From positions 51,088,001-51,152,000 of the forward strand of contig OX597823.1 in assembly GCA_951406725.2 (NCBI GenBank): a stretch of DNA of 64,000 nt, read 5' to 3'. A program made the position numbers and the translations under genes. Source of the stretch: Octopus vulgaris. Lineage: Eukaryota. Below the pieces are notes generated by a model. The model was not told the origin of the DNA, did no database searches, and saw only the letters and a list, made by a program, of their open reading frames with translations. Positions 39,533 through 54,643 of this stretch are shown here, piece after piece (position 1 is the stretch's first letter; every line of letters begins with the position of its first letter).

Positions 39533-40005
39533 CGTGCTTCTTTCAATTTCTATGTATCAAAACCACTCACAAGGCTTTGATCAACCCGAGGCTATAGTAG
39601 AAGACACTTGCCCGAGAAGTCACATTTTTATGCACCCTTTTCAAGCCTAGCCAGGCTCATGGGCCCGGTTTCCTGGTTTCTGTGGCGTATGTGTTTCCCC
39701 CAGTTGGACGGGACGCCAGTCCATCGTAGCGTTACCCAAGAAACAGGAAGAAAGAGTGAGAGAAAGTTGCGGCGAAAGAGTACAACAGGGGTCGCCACCA
39801 CACCCTGCCGGAGCCTCGTGGAGCTTTAGGTGCTTTCGCTCAATAATCACATACAACGCCCGGTCTGGGAATCGAAACCGCGATCCTCCGACCGCGAGTC
39901 CGCTGCCCTAACCACTGGGCCATTGCGCCTCCACGAGATCTCACATAGTAGGGCAAAATCTGGAACCGTTTGGTTGGGAAGCAAACTGCTTACCACACAG
40001 CCACA
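39165..40005 (-). mobile_element. SINE family B interrupted by a SINE C insertion
   Basis: B tail and (CA)n at 39165-39612, B head at 39947-40005. Confidence 0.85.
39626..39934 (-). mobile_element. SINE family C
   Basis: Near-identical to 9431-9702; TSD GAGA(AG/TC)TCACAT at 39614-39625 and 39935-39946. Confidence 0.9.
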
Positions 40006-40014
40006 TATTTAAAT

Positions 40015-40200
40015 AATGATTTCACAAGGCCAGCAATTTTTAAGGAAAGGAGGTAAATCGACTACTTCAGTTCCAGCGCTCTGTTTGTAGTTATTTTGCT
40101 GGCCCCGAAAGGATGAAAGATGAAATCATCCTCAGCGGAAAAAAAATATTGCAACACATTTTGCCCAATGCTGTAAAAGATCCGCCAGTTCGTCGCCTTC
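40015..40200 (-). mobile_element. degraded SINE family A
   Basis: CACAAGGCCAGCAATTTT...CCCCGAAAGGATGAAAG...GCCAGTTCGTCGCCTT. Confidence 0.75.
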
Positions 40201-41709
40201 TTAAACTTAGATAATTCTTTCACGTGCATTGTAGTCTACTGCAGTCTACTGCCTGGCGATCTACTAAAGATTCGTCAATGCACTCATTCGGCATAGTAGA
40301 AATAGTAACCAACTCTCCCTCAAATTAAAACTCTAGTACCATGATAATAGACGAACACGTTGGACATTGAAGTCTTAGATGCAGATAGTTCCAGCTTTCC
40401 GAGCATCTCATTTCCGAGCTTGCATCTTTATGAAAATTGGCAAAAAATATGTATTTCTCTTTTCATATAAAGTTTTAACAAATTTGTGCTTAACGGTTGC
40501 CCTAAAACGATCTTTAGTTGAAAGAGTACGCCTGTCATTAAGCGTAGTTAATAATTATATTGACAACAGTTGGTAAGGTTTCTAGTTACTTTTTCCAGAC
40601 ATTATCGTTTTAGCTCCAAATATTTTAGCTACAAGTATACATTTTTAGTTAAATATTAATGATAATTATTTTCTGTTGCGTTTGCATTTTGCAATTTTTT
40701 TTTATGGGGATTATATCATGGTTATTATAATTAAAATATTTCTATGGGAAATTTTGCTGAGGCGACTTTGCCTTTCCTCTCTTTCGTGGTCGATAAAATA
40801 AGAAGTACTAGTTGAGTAATAGGACTGGGGTCGCTGTAATCTACTTTCATCCTTTGCTGAAACTTCCTGGCCTTGTGCTAAAATCTAAAACGGGAGAGAG
40901 AGAGAGAGAGAGAGTGTGTGTGTGTGTGTGTGTGTGTGCATGTGTGTGTATGCATCTTTGTATGCATATGTATTTGCTAATGAAGAATAATTAATCTAAA
41001 CAATTTACAATCCACATATTGCTATGATGTATCATTGATGTTTTTAAAGGCATTTTAATGGCATAAACTTCTAGTCGATTGCGAAAGGTGAGCTTATTGT
41101 GAAGGTCGCATGGTTCTCTGAATCCTTATTTTATACTACTCTTTCGGATATATATATATATATGGGGAAAGAGAGAGAGAGAGGTAGAGATAGATAGATA
41201 TAGATATAGATATTGATATATTTATATCCCATAATGATATACCGTGCAATCACGCACACATATATTCTATAGAAATACAATTACACAAATATTATCTCAT
41301 TCATACATGTCTTAGTTTGTCTTGCTTTTTCTAAGATCGACACCGTTTCAGCTGGAAGCGCTAAAATTCATATATCTCTCATTCTTACACTCTATGCCCT
41401 TCGCAGCTATGTTTAAAAAAGCATCATTGATTACAGACATGCAAAGATAATACCAAAATAGCCTATATCAAACCAATAATGGTAAGAGAGAAAAGTACTA
41501 GAGAATATAAGCAAAAAGAAAAAATGCTAGACAAAATTATAAAAAAAAACAGTAGCGAAAGAAAATGGACGCATGATATTTCTAGGTGATTCCATAAAGC
41601 TAGACATTTAGAATCGGAAGAAGGCTGTATCATGTGGGAGGATATGTTTCAGGTTTCGATATTCTTTGCCAAAGAAGTCACGGAAGTGCTTTGAACGATA
41701 ACATGAATA

Positions 41710-43110
<1,401 letters not shown>

Positions 43111-43943
43111 GTAAACAACGAGGGATTAATAATGGATATTAATCCAGGTTAAATACTTCTTCAGCTCTCTGCAGAAAAAAACAAAGACGTGTGATCTGTA
43201 TTGTACATCGGGTAATCCGAAGTCCAAAACGTAGGTCGCAGTCCATCGCCAGTCATGTTTATGAATCCATGGTTACATTACAGAGTTAAAAGATCGTATG
43301 TTTTTATAGAGGAACACATAAAATAAAAATAAAAAATAATGGGTTACATATATTTGTTATTTACTGTAGGCTTACAGCTGTTTCAGATGTGCAATTGAAT
43401 GCGTTCATGGTTCAGTTTTATCAATCAATCAATCAATCGATTGATCGACTGGAGTTATATATGTAATGACCAGGGCATTGCTATCTTCTTCAAAGCCAAA
43501 ACAAATCAACTATTAAGTAAAAATAAACGAAAAGAAACGAAAGAAGATGGAATATGGTCCGTGCGTGCATTTATACAGAACTAGGTCACCTGTTTCTAGT
43601 CATCAACCTTAAGTTATTGTTCTCTCTTATCGTTGGTTAATACTATTAATATCTAGTAAAGTAATTTGATAACCCACAGCCTCGTTAGGTTCAGTGGTAG
43701 GCTTTTGGAGTTTACTATTATATATTAGAAACGATGTGAGAGGGGAAGTATTTGCTAGTAGACAAGCCAAAAGGCAGCTATGGTATTGTTAATCATTTTA
43801 AACCTGAAGAATCAGAATATATCTTATTTATTACCAGGAATTCATATAAGTACAAAACAGAAGTAGTTAGAACTAGTAATCAGGGATTATTAATAAACTA
43901 TAACAGTTACTTTGCGTTACGATAGTTTATTCCATTGATCGCA

Positions 43944-44011
<68 letters not shown>

Positions 44012-44059
44012 AATCTATCTATCTGTCTGTCTGTCTGTCTATGAATATATATAGATGTA

Positions 44060-44512
44060 CTAGCATTAAAGACCCGTCGTTGCCAGGTCATAGTGCTAGT
44101 GTATGTATATATGTGTATATATATGTGTACATATTACATGTACATCTATATATATACATCTACACATAAAATGCAAAATACAAAGTTATATATTGATATC
44201 GCTAGTGATAACAATACTCAAAATATATAACAAACTGGAATTGTTAGCTCTTCTTTTTCCTCTACATTGTATACTTTATAGACAATAGACTTTTCTTTAC
44301 TCTTTTACTCTTTTACTCTTTTACTTGTTTCAGTCATTTGACTGCGGCCATGCTGGAGCACCGCCTTTAATCGAGCAACTCGACCCCGGGACTTATTCTT
44401 TGTAAGCCCAGTACTTATTCTATCGGTCTCTTTTGCCAAACCGCTAAGGAACGGGGACATAAACACACCAGCGTCGGTTGTCAAGCAATGCTTGGGGGAG
44501 AAACACAGACAC

Positions 44513-44597
<85 letters not shown>

Positions 44598-45241
44598 GAC
44601 GGGCTTCTTTCAGTTTCCGTCTACCAAATCCCCTCACAAGGCTTTGGTTTACCCGAGGCTATAGTAGAAGACACTTGCGTAAGGTGCCACGCAGTGAGAC
44701 TGAACCCGGAACCATATGGTTGGTAAACAAGCTACTTACCACACAGCCACTCCTGCGCCTAATTTAATTTTTTATTATCCATCTGGACTATTCCATTTCT
44801 GCACGCTAATTATATTTTAAATTTATTTCCGTTCATGTGAAACCACTTATTCAAGTTCAAATCATTGATGCGATTTTATACCAATTGCTATTTTTACTTT
44901 TGTATATTACGATTATATTATACTTTAGTTTGATTTTAATTATTACTTACTACATATAATTCAATTGTTATTATTATTTTTATTGTTAAAGTGAAAGCAA
45001 CTGACATAAAATAGAGAAATATTTTGTTTCACTTTTAACATGCAATACTGAAATAGTAGAGAAGATATGATATTGCTATGGGTTCGCTCTAGGCAAGAAG
45101 TTGAACATTTTTTTTGCCCATGAAACTACATGGACCCTACGTAAGGCATGTGTAAAATTTGAATGAAATTAGTTGTGTAGTTCTCAAGTTTTAGGGAAAC
45201 ACACAGACAGACACACATTCTCAGTTTTATATATATTTAGA
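44060..45241 (-). mobile_element. non-autonomous Helitron-like element carrying a nested SINE
   Basis: Minus strand A|TCTAAATATATATAAAACTGAGAATGTGTGTCTGTCTG ... GACCTGGCAACGACGGGTC hairpin ... CTAG|T: 5' TC, 3' CTAG, subterminal hairpin, A/T insertion site, no TSD. Confidence 0.75.
44290..44760 (-). mobile_element. full-length young SINE family B
   Basis: Head AGGCGCAGGAGTGGCTGTGTGGTAAG, B box GGGTTCAGTCTC, internal (TA)n(TG)n, tail (AGTAAAAG)n. Confidence 0.92.
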
Positions 45242-45255
45242 TACGTGTATGTGTG

Positions 45256-45404
45256 CACGAGCGTAGCTAGAGAGTGTGCCACCCGGCCGTTCCATTTACT
45301 GCCCCCGGACCCCACAAAAAATACATATTGCCTACAGCAAACCCAAACTTTAAAAGTGCCGTCCAAGGCGGACAACCCCTACCGCCCCCTTAGCTACGCT
45401 AGTG
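45256..45404. mobile_element. hAT-type MITE
   Basis: TIRs CACGAGCGTAGCTA / TAGCTACGCTAGTG; 8-bp flanks TATGTGTG and TATGTGCG. Confidence 0.75.
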
Positions 45405-45435
45405 TATGTGCGTGTACATGTAGGTGTATATGTAC

Positions 45436-45518
<83 letters not shown>

Positions 45519-45535
45519 GTGTGTGTGTGTGTGCA

Positions 45536-46039
45536 CAAGGTGTCCATAAAGTCATGGAGCAATGGTACAAATTTACTTCATTCCTAAACTTTCACAATTA
45601 GAATTGATAGAGAATACAATTTTTTCATCGAGATGATGCATCTTGTCACTTTCCTCTGCAAGTTAGGCAGTTTTTAAATGAGAAATTACCTAACAGATGG
45701 ATTGGAAGATGTGAGCCATTACTTTGGTCTTCCACATTCACAGGATTTAACTCCGTTGGATTTCTTTTTTTAGGGATGCATGAAAAGCATTGCTTATTCA
45801 ACTAAGCCTCGATCTTTAGAAGATTTGAAAGCAAATATAACTGATTTGTTTCAGGGTGTTACTGAAAATCAGCTGGAAACAGTTTTCCGAGAACTACAGA
45901 GTCGTATTTCTCTTTGTATTGGTAAAGATGGTGGGTATGTTGAAAATTAACACGATTCTCCTGTTGACAGATTAATTCTATCACAGTTTCCAAGGTACAT
46001 TATTATTTTAAATTGCAGCAACACTTTATGGACACCCGG
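45536..46039 (+). mobile_element. internally deleted IS630-Tc1-mariner element (maT/rosa-like)
   Basis: TIRs CAAGGTGTCCATAAAGT / ACTTTATGGACACCCG; remnant VRQFLNEKLPNRWIGR...DLTPLDFFF...KPRSLEDLKANI...RISLCIGKDGGYVEN*. Confidence 0.85.
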
Positions 46040-46236
46040 TGTATGTGTGTGTGTGTGTATGGGTGTCTGTGTGTGTGTGCAGACAGATAGATAGATATAT
46101 CCAAATGATAACAAGATAAGTAAAATTCTACCCGACCATATGTATGTATGTATATGTATGTATATATATATGTATATATATATATATATGTATGTATATG
46201 TATATATATATATATATATACAAATATATACATATA

Positions 46237-46285
<49 letters not shown>

Positions 46286-46390
46286 TGCATAATTACATGT
46301 AGAGAGAGAGAGAGAAAGAGGGAGAGAGAGAGGGAGAGAGGGAGGAGAGTGGGAGTGGGGGAGAGGGGGAGAGAGAGGGAGGGAGAGAGG

Positions 46391-46447
<57 letters not shown>

Positions 46448-47093
46448 TTGTGTTTCGGATCGCTTAAAGAGCTTCTGAGATTAAGCGGCACATCTAAATG
46501 ACTGGCAATAGTGATGAAACATCAGTGATAATAGACAATCCATAATTTAGAAAAAAAACATATGCTATAGACTTTTCCCTTTATTTCTCAATACATGGGA
46601 TGTTTAAATCCGGAAGCGTAAAGAACCATCTGGAAAAAGATTGCTATCAATGTGGTAAAATTTTGTTTCACAGTTTGGGTATTAAAATATTCCAGAGAAG
46701 TCAGTGATCTCTGCGGATACATTAACCCCCATTCGAAGAATAAACAGTATAACCAGAACGTAAAACTGAAATAAATGTTATCATGTATTTCGTCGGGCGC
46801 CACCTTTTATGCTCTTATAACTAATAAGTCAAATACGAAAAATAAAGCAAAGGTGTTGCAGTTAGCAAGAACGTAGAATGCCTGCTAAATTGATTTACCC
46901 TATTTCTTTTCGTTTGCGACATGAGTTATTAATCCGTAACGGTATATACTATATTTCATCATTTCAACGAACATAAAATTAGGACTGGCACCATACAGAC
47001 TTAAGAGAGTAACTTCACAAAAACTAGCACAAATCTTTTCAAAAACTTGCGAATTTTGTTGGAAAGAAGCCCCCGTTCCCCAAAAACCAACAA

Positions 47094-47158
<65 letters not shown>

Positions 47159-47230
47159 GAGAGTGACTGTGTGTAAAAGTTGCCGTATGTATGTGTATGC
47201 ACGCCTATTTGTGTGTGTGTCTTAAAGTTT

Positions 47231-47490
47231 GAAGGTGCGTGACCTAGCGGATAGAGTGGTCGGCTCAAACCTTTAGATAACGAGTTCGATTACAGGTGGT
47301 GGTGGTATTCTTGAGCAAGGAGGCTTTATTTTACGCTACCCAAGTCACCGTAGCAGAAAATAAATATGAGCAGCAGCTAGCGATTTGCTCTACGATAGAC
47401 TGGTGTCCCGTTACAAGGCTGTGATCTCACTTGACTAAAGACCTCGGAAATAGGGATAGGCTTCAGTCTGATGATCCTACAAGGTTCGAC
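47231..47490 (+). mobile_element. old tRNA-derived SINE with CORE/V-like segments
   Basis: GTGACCTAGCGGATAG, GAGTTCGATT, TTCTTGAGCAAG, CGATAGACTGGTGTCCCG. Confidence 0.6.
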
Positions 47491-48540
47491 ACAGATCTCA
47501 TCCAGGCTGGTTCTAATTTTCTCAGTTGATAATTTTTTTATGATATTCAGAACAATTCTTCTTTTTAGCAAAAACCAAACAAAATACTAGTGTTAAATAG
47601 CTGCCAAGTCAAATGCAGTCTAGCAGTGATCATCCCATCCTCTCTGTTGTGTTTTTATATATAGGATTACATTATCCAATGTAACATTCATATTTAAGGC
47701 ACTTATTTAATGGAATTTGCTTTCTATTTGTAGCAAGCGGAGTAACCCATAGAGATTCCCTAGTCGTCTTGCAGAAATACCAAAAATATCCCGAGGTTGA
47801 TTTATATAACTATTCTTTGCACTAGTTTATTCCACGACAACGTTGAACCTACTTCAATTAGAGTACCAGAATAACCGAATGACAGAACTTCCTTTCATAG
47901 TTAGCGATCTCATGTACAAAGCCTATTCACTGATCTCGATGATTCATACTTGAGTGTATTACGCTATTGCTTTACCAAAATTGTACAATAAATGTCGTCA
48001 CATTCTACTCCTAGTTTATAATCTACTATGTAGTCATTGAGTATTTTGTCCTCTTCTACGTAAAACGTACCATTTCATTTTCGGGATTACATTCATTTAC
48101 AGAATCCCATCTGGTACAGTTAAGACATCATCATGTTGCCAGTTAAATAAACTTAGAGAGAATATAAGCTTAGGGAGAAATAATATGAAGTTTTGCGGAA
48201 TAATGAAGGACGAAATTAATTTACAGTTCGAAACGAAAATTAATGAATAAACACATGATACAGTCGAGTGCATTGAGTCAAGTTGGAAAGAGCATGTACT
48301 CATCTCTAGACATGTAGAATTATTTCAAAAACAGAATAATATTCCTTCATTATATTACAAGGACACTTCAAATATCTATTTCACCAAATCGCACGTTTTA
48401 AGCCTTAATTATTGAACACGATACGCTAAACAGAATTAAAAAAAAGGTCATAATAACACTTCTCTCCTACTTCGTTTCAATAATTTCTAATTACTGGAAG
48501 CTTACTTTCAGATGTCAATTGAAGATACATCCATCCATCA

Positions 48541-48632
<92 letters not shown>

Positions 48633-48634
48633 TT

Positions 48635-49330
48635 TACTTTTCGAGTATCTCAAATTATCGCTTGCTGTTCACGGCACTGTCACGTTCCAGAAAATCAAGG
48701 TAGTTGGTGCCTTTGTCCTAGAAAAAAAAAAAGAAAAAGAAAAAAATAATCACTATGACTTTCTGCACTGATTTCCGGCTCTTGAACATTTGAGACCTTG
48801 GAGAAGAGCTGTGGTACCATTCTTTTGACTGAGTCATCGCTTCATTATACGACTACAGTTCGTTTCTTCTCTCTATCGGAAAAGAAAGTGTATCCATTGA
48901 CTTCCAAAGCTTCCAGCAGATCAGAGCAGAAATCCACCATTCTCTCCTTCTAATGGGGTGTCATTTGTTTATTTCTCGTATCCAATTTGCGCACACTTTC
49001 CGAAACACAAAGCTCATTTCTGTAGCGCATGGTAATCACAGCCTAGTTGTGCAGTAAACTCATCGATTGTGACCGCTCACCGCGCGAATCAATAGGTCCT
49101 CTCGCAGGCAATTTTTGTAAGTGGCCACGGTTGATGGTTTCTCAGTGTGCGGTTTGACACAATACTGGCTGTGTTTTTTCTTTAAACTTTATTATTCATT
49201 TAAGCACATTGCTCTTGTTCAATGTGCAGTCTCTGTAAATCGCTTATAGTTTTCTGTGCTTGTCGCACAGCTTGCCCTACTCCTTCGTCAAAAACTAAAT
49301 GACAGCAAGTTATTTCAACCGGGAACAAAC
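48635..49330 (-). pseudogene. decayed mariner transposase (N-terminal HTH to first catalytic region)
   Basis: Fragments across frameshifts: CTLNKSNVLK*IIKFK, KPST, VTIDEFTAQLG, KERMVDFCSDLLE, QSKEWYHSSSP, DFLERDSAVNSKR. Confidence 0.7.
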
Positions 49331-51041
49331 TATTTTCCTGCGATAAAAAAACAGAGTTACTAAAGCGGAAGCCTTCCCCAAATTTAAACAGCCAGTACCT
49401 GCTAATATAAAAAAATTATGAACGCTTATACTTTATAAATACGAGTTCACACCTGCGGTGAGCTAACTTGGAGATTTCGTGCGATAGTGTAACTATTTAA
49501 CCAAGGTATCTCGGACTGATGAATAGCTTAGCAGAGCACCCCTAGTTGAGTAACTATTTCATCAGACGATTAGCTAGATAAGAAACATATGTTGCCTGCA
49601 TTTTACCCGTTCTACTCCCCCAATTTGGATTTTATTCACATTTGTAGAAACTCTAGTTTTTAACCGTATGGTATAAAGAAACTATCAGCTTATCGAATTT
49701 CTTTGTAACTTCGACATGCGAAAAAGTGTGTAACCTTCGATTCCAATAAATTGTTATTGTTCCTTATCGCACACTGTCCATTTTTGCTCTCTCTATCTGC
49801 TACGGACTGCTTGAAGCTTACAAAACGTCCTGCGCCTTAATTCCTGGATAATACCCTTGTAAATGTATGTATGTCTGTATGTGTGTATTTATGTACGTAT
49901 GTATGTATGCATGTATGCATATAAGTATGTGTGTGCGTGTGTGTATTTGTATATATACATGTGTGTATGCATATATATGTGTGTGTGTATATGTGTGTGT
50001 ATGTGTGTGTATTACATACACATTAATTTTTGTTTTTATGTTATAATTTTAAAAAAATACATTAAATTGAAGTTTGACTCAATACATTTGGTAGAGTACA
50101 AATTTATTATTCATTAACAAATATATATGGACAATGACTTCAACTTCGGCCAGCTAAGCCATCATCGGGCTGTAATGCAATGAAGTTCATCTTAGTCTTA
50201 TATAGTCTCTGTTAAGTTAGGTTTTTCGAAGGTAGCCCGAGTTCTGTAGAATGATAATTAGGCTGTATGTCAGGCTGCAGTAGTAAGTTGGAATGAGGAA
50301 TGGAGTATTTTCATTGGCTAAATTTAGAAATGTGTTAATTGCTAGAATTTATTCCCGCAAGTAGAGTTTGATTAAATAGTTATATGGAATTAGGTATCTT
50401 TAGGCGTGTCAGCTTCAGGTCATAGGTATTCAGAAAATAATATAGCTAGGTTGTTACAGATCTATCGCTTGGTTTGGTTGTTGTTGGTTTATATTATTTG
50501 TTGTTGGTATTAATAAAATATTTATCTTTTGTTTTGAGAAAGTAAATGTTATAACTTAGAGTTCAGTCCAATGTTTTAAACTTTGTAATTAAGTATGTTT
50601 ACTAGGTTTCTCAGCTTTTGGGGGATTAGTATTTAAACGTTCAGAAAAGAATGCATGTAAATGGTAAGATTTACTTGGTTGGCCGGCTGGCATTAATTAT
50701 AGCTTTTCACCGGGTTAGATTGATAGGGTGTTGGTTATCACATACTCATGTCACTGTCTTATTAGTGGGAAAGTAGATTTTAATGTTGTTGGTCAGCATG
50801 TGCGACTCATATCAACATATGCAAAGAGTGGGCATTATAAAACATGTGCAAGGAATCGAAAGACCTGTTATTGCTCTATTCTCCCTGCGTTGTGTCATTG
50901 TAGGTGTGGGTTTGTTTGTTTGTTTGTTTGTTTGTGTGTGTGTGTGTGTGTGTGAGGGTTTAAGTTTTTGATTTTGTATGTTTGCCAGTTAACATAGGTA
51001 ACTACGCATGTATACCGATTATAGCAGCTACTCCATCAAAG

Positions 51042-51090
51042 AATATCTGAAGAAGGAATATTATTCCGAAATATCATATCAGACTATGGA
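51042..51090 (+). ncRNA. hammerhead ribozyme-like motif
   Basis: CTGAAGA-A-GGAAT(ATT)ATTCC-GAAA-TATCATA-TC: intact core, perfect stem II, palindromic stem III, UC site; stem I poorly paired. Confidence 0.55.
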
Positions 51091-51634
51091 TGACTAAATT
51101 ACAACAGGTATATAGCCCATTGTCTGTACTGTAGTGCATTGTTGTACCATTCAAACCTTTTTATTCTTTACATACATGTATAAATATAATTATATATTTT
51201 CGAAGATTTTGTAGCAAATTATTTGAAAACTTGGGAACACTTGGATAATTTCTACATGACGTCTTTGGTGTAAAGTTGTAATATCATAATGGTGGGGGTA
51301 GATGAGCAGAAGGAGGATGGTGGTGTATGTTCATATTTATTTATTGTGGAAACTTATTGGTTTTAGTGTTCTAATGTTTTGAAGATTTTGTGCTTATACG
51401 GGAAGACTAATTCGGAGTTTCGGCTCAGAATTTAGTTTCTCAAAGTAAGATTGTGGTAGGATTCGTTGGTACAAAAACTCGGCAGGATTTGTTGTTACTT
51501 TTGTATGGTTGTGTGTGAGACGATATTTTCTAGTTAATGGTCATTGGCTATTTCATGATTTCAACGCCCGTATGTTTGTATACATGCATACACACGCATA
51601 TAAATATATATATATATATATATATACATATATA

Positions 51635-51870
51635 TACTCTTTACTCTTATACTCTTTTATTTGTTTCAGTCATTTGACTGCGGCCATGCTGGAGCACCAC
51701 CTTTAATCGAACAAATCGACCCCGTGACTTATTCTTTTGTAAGCCCAGTACTTATTCTATCGGTCTCTTTTGCCGAACCGCTAAGTAACGGGGATATAAA
51801 CACACCAGCATCGGTTGTCAAGCAATTCTAGGGGGACAAACACAGGCACACAAACACACACACACATACA
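51635..51870 (-). mobile_element. young SINE family B 3' half
   Basis: Near-identical to 12660-12875 and 44290-44510. Confidence 0.9.
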
Positions 51871-52162
51871 TATATACATATGTATATATATATGTATGTA
51901 TGTATATGTATATATATATAGATATGTATGTATATGTATGTATATATATATGTGTGTGTGTATATATATGTATATATAATAATTATTTGAGGGAATATAA
52001 ATCCAAACTTTACCAATTACATACGTTTTTATTATGTTTTGCAATTTACTTAATCATTGATATTTTATAGTTATTTTAATTTTAATATTTCTATTATATG
52101 TAATTTTCTAGATGGTGTAATTTAATTGTTCATTTTGAATTGATAAAAGGTGTTTTTTTCTA

Positions 52163-52228
<66 letters not shown>

Positions 52229-52654
52229 GTGTGTGTATATATATATGTATATATATATGTGTGTGTATATATATATATATATATGCATATATATATATAT
52301 GCATATGTATATATATATATATACATGTTCGTATAAATTCATGTATTATTTTCATAAGATAAATCGGGGTATCCACCTCATCCACAAGCCTCATATAAAC
52401 ATTCGCAGAAGTATAGAGCACAGTATTAAATTATAAATGATAACACAAGAAGTATTATATAATTAAATTCATTAAATTCATTACGGCTATTTCCGCTATT
52501 GAATATAATTACCAAATTCATGTTCCGATATCATTTATTATTTAACATGTAAATATGCAAATATATAATTATATTTATACACATATGCATATATGTGTAA
52601 GTACCTATGTCAATTTAACTCGCAAACATACAAAATCATAAACTTACACCCTCT

Positions 52655-52746
<92 letters not shown>

Positions 52747-52929
52747 TATATATAAGCATACATAAAATATTAACAAACATTAAACACTTATGTCCTTCAC
52801 AATCCTAATATATCATAGAAGCGTTTATTTATTCGTAAATTTTCCGTATAAATCTAATTTAATATTTGTTAGAATTCTATTCCTTCCCTCTCTCTGTGTC
52901 TGCATGTTATGTATGCTTGATATTATATA

Positions 52930-54191
52930 TCAGGTCATCCCATAAGTTCTGACCGATTTTGCCTTTTTTTTAATTGAATGAAATTTAATAGTATTTTAGA
53001 ATGTCTAATGGAATTAAAAATTATTTTTTGCATTTGTGTACTTTATAAAATAATTAAATATTATTTTACATAATAATAGAATTAAAATTTGTTTGATTAA
53101 AGCCGTTTCGAACATGGAAGTATCCAAAGAATATTTAAGGCACATAATGTTTTATGAGTACAAAAAAGGAAACTCTGCAGCCGAAGCAACTGGAAACATA
53201 CACTCAGTTTATGGAAAAGAATGCTTGAATGAAAGAACTTGCAGAAGATGTTTTGCAAAATTCACACGTAGAGATTTCAGCCTTGAAGATGAAGATCAAA
53301 CAGGACGTCCAGTTGAGTTTGATGATAAGCTCCTTGAGGCATTACTTGAAGAAAATTCTGAATTATCAGTTGAAGAATTGGCAATAAAGCTTAGTTCAAA
53401 CCAAACAACTGTTCATCGTCATGTTTAACAACTTGGAAAGGTTCCTAAACTTGGAAAATGGGTGCCTCATGAATTGTCCGAAAGCAACAGCAAATCCCAA
53501 GTTGACATCTGCTCTTCTCTCTATTCTCGCGAACTCATTCACCCTTTTTGGATAGTCTTGTGACTGGTGACGAAAAATTGATCTCCTATAGAAATGTTAA
53601 ACGTCGCAAAACAGTGGCTTGGTAAAAGGGGAAATCTCAACCAGAACCGAGAAGGGGACTTCATGGGAAAAAGGTTCTTCTCTCTATCTAGTGGGATTGT
53701 AAAGGAGTAATTCACTTTGAATTGTTAACCCCTAATGCAACAATCAATATTCAAGTCTACTGTCAGCAATTAGAGCGTCTGAGCCAAACTTTGAAGAAAA
53801 AAAGACCCGCTTTAGTGAATCGAAAAGAATGATGTTTCATCAGGAGAATGCACGACTCACATCACAGAAGATTGAAGAGCTTGTTTGGGAAAAAAATTCC
53901 TCATCCACCTTATTCTCCCAACCTCGCTCCTTGAGGCTATCATTTGTTTCGTAGTTTACAGAATCATTTGGGGGACATAACTTTCGCAAACCAGGAGGAG
54001 GTCGAAACTGACATTTCAGAGTTCTTTGCTTTGAAACCAAAGGAGTTTTATATTGATGGGATTAAAAAGCTTGTAAATAGATGGAAGGAAGTCATAGATA
54101 ATCAGGGAAAGTACATTGATGATTAAATTTCAATTAAATATATCTTGTTTTCTTTATTCAAAATTTGAACAGAACTTATGGGATGACCTGA
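52930..54191 (+). mobile_element. full-length mariner (DD34D-type) transposon, inactive
   Basis: TA-flanked TIRs TCAGGTCATCCCATAAGTTCTG / CAGAACTTATGGGATGACCTGA; 1262 bp. Confidence 0.95.
53114..54126 (+). pseudogene. mariner transposase pseudogene
   Basis: MEVSKEYLRHIMFYEYKKG...GRP...WVPHEL...VTGDEK...YSPNLAP*GYHLFRSLQ...RWKEVIDNQGKYIDD*; several stops and frameshifts. Confidence 0.95.
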
Positions 54192-54323
54192 TATATATGG
54201 TCTGATAGAATTTTACTTGTCTTGTTATTTGGATTTATCTATCTATCTATCAATTTATCTGTTTGTCTGTCTGTCTCTCTCTCTCGCTCTCTATATATTA
54301 TATATATATATACATATATATAT

Positions 54324-54364
<41 letters not shown>

Positions 54365-54366
54365 AA

Positions 54367-54643
54367 CAAGGTGTCCGTAATATGGTGCGATTTAAAATAC
54401 TTGTATCTTGGTAACTATTATAGAATTAATCTGTAAAAAAGGGTAAGAAAGGAGAATCTTGTTAATTTTCAACATGTCCACCATCAGTACTAATACAAAA
54501 AATAATACAACACTTTCAAACAAATCGGTTGTTTTTGCTTTCAAAATTTCTAAAGATCAAGGCTTAGTTGAATAAACAATACTTTTCCTGTCCCTGTGAA
54601 ATAATATCCAGTGGAGCCAAATCTGGTGAACGTGGAGGGCCAA
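54367..54643 (-). mobile_element. fragment of the same ITm family as 45536-46039
   Basis: CAAGGTGTCC terminus; minus strand GPPRSPDLAPLD...CISTDGGHVEN*. Confidence 0.8.

Noticed and set aside
47468-47490. CTGATGATCCTACAAGG hammerhead-like start
   Set aside because: It lies in a SINE tail and lacks the GAAA box and the other stems
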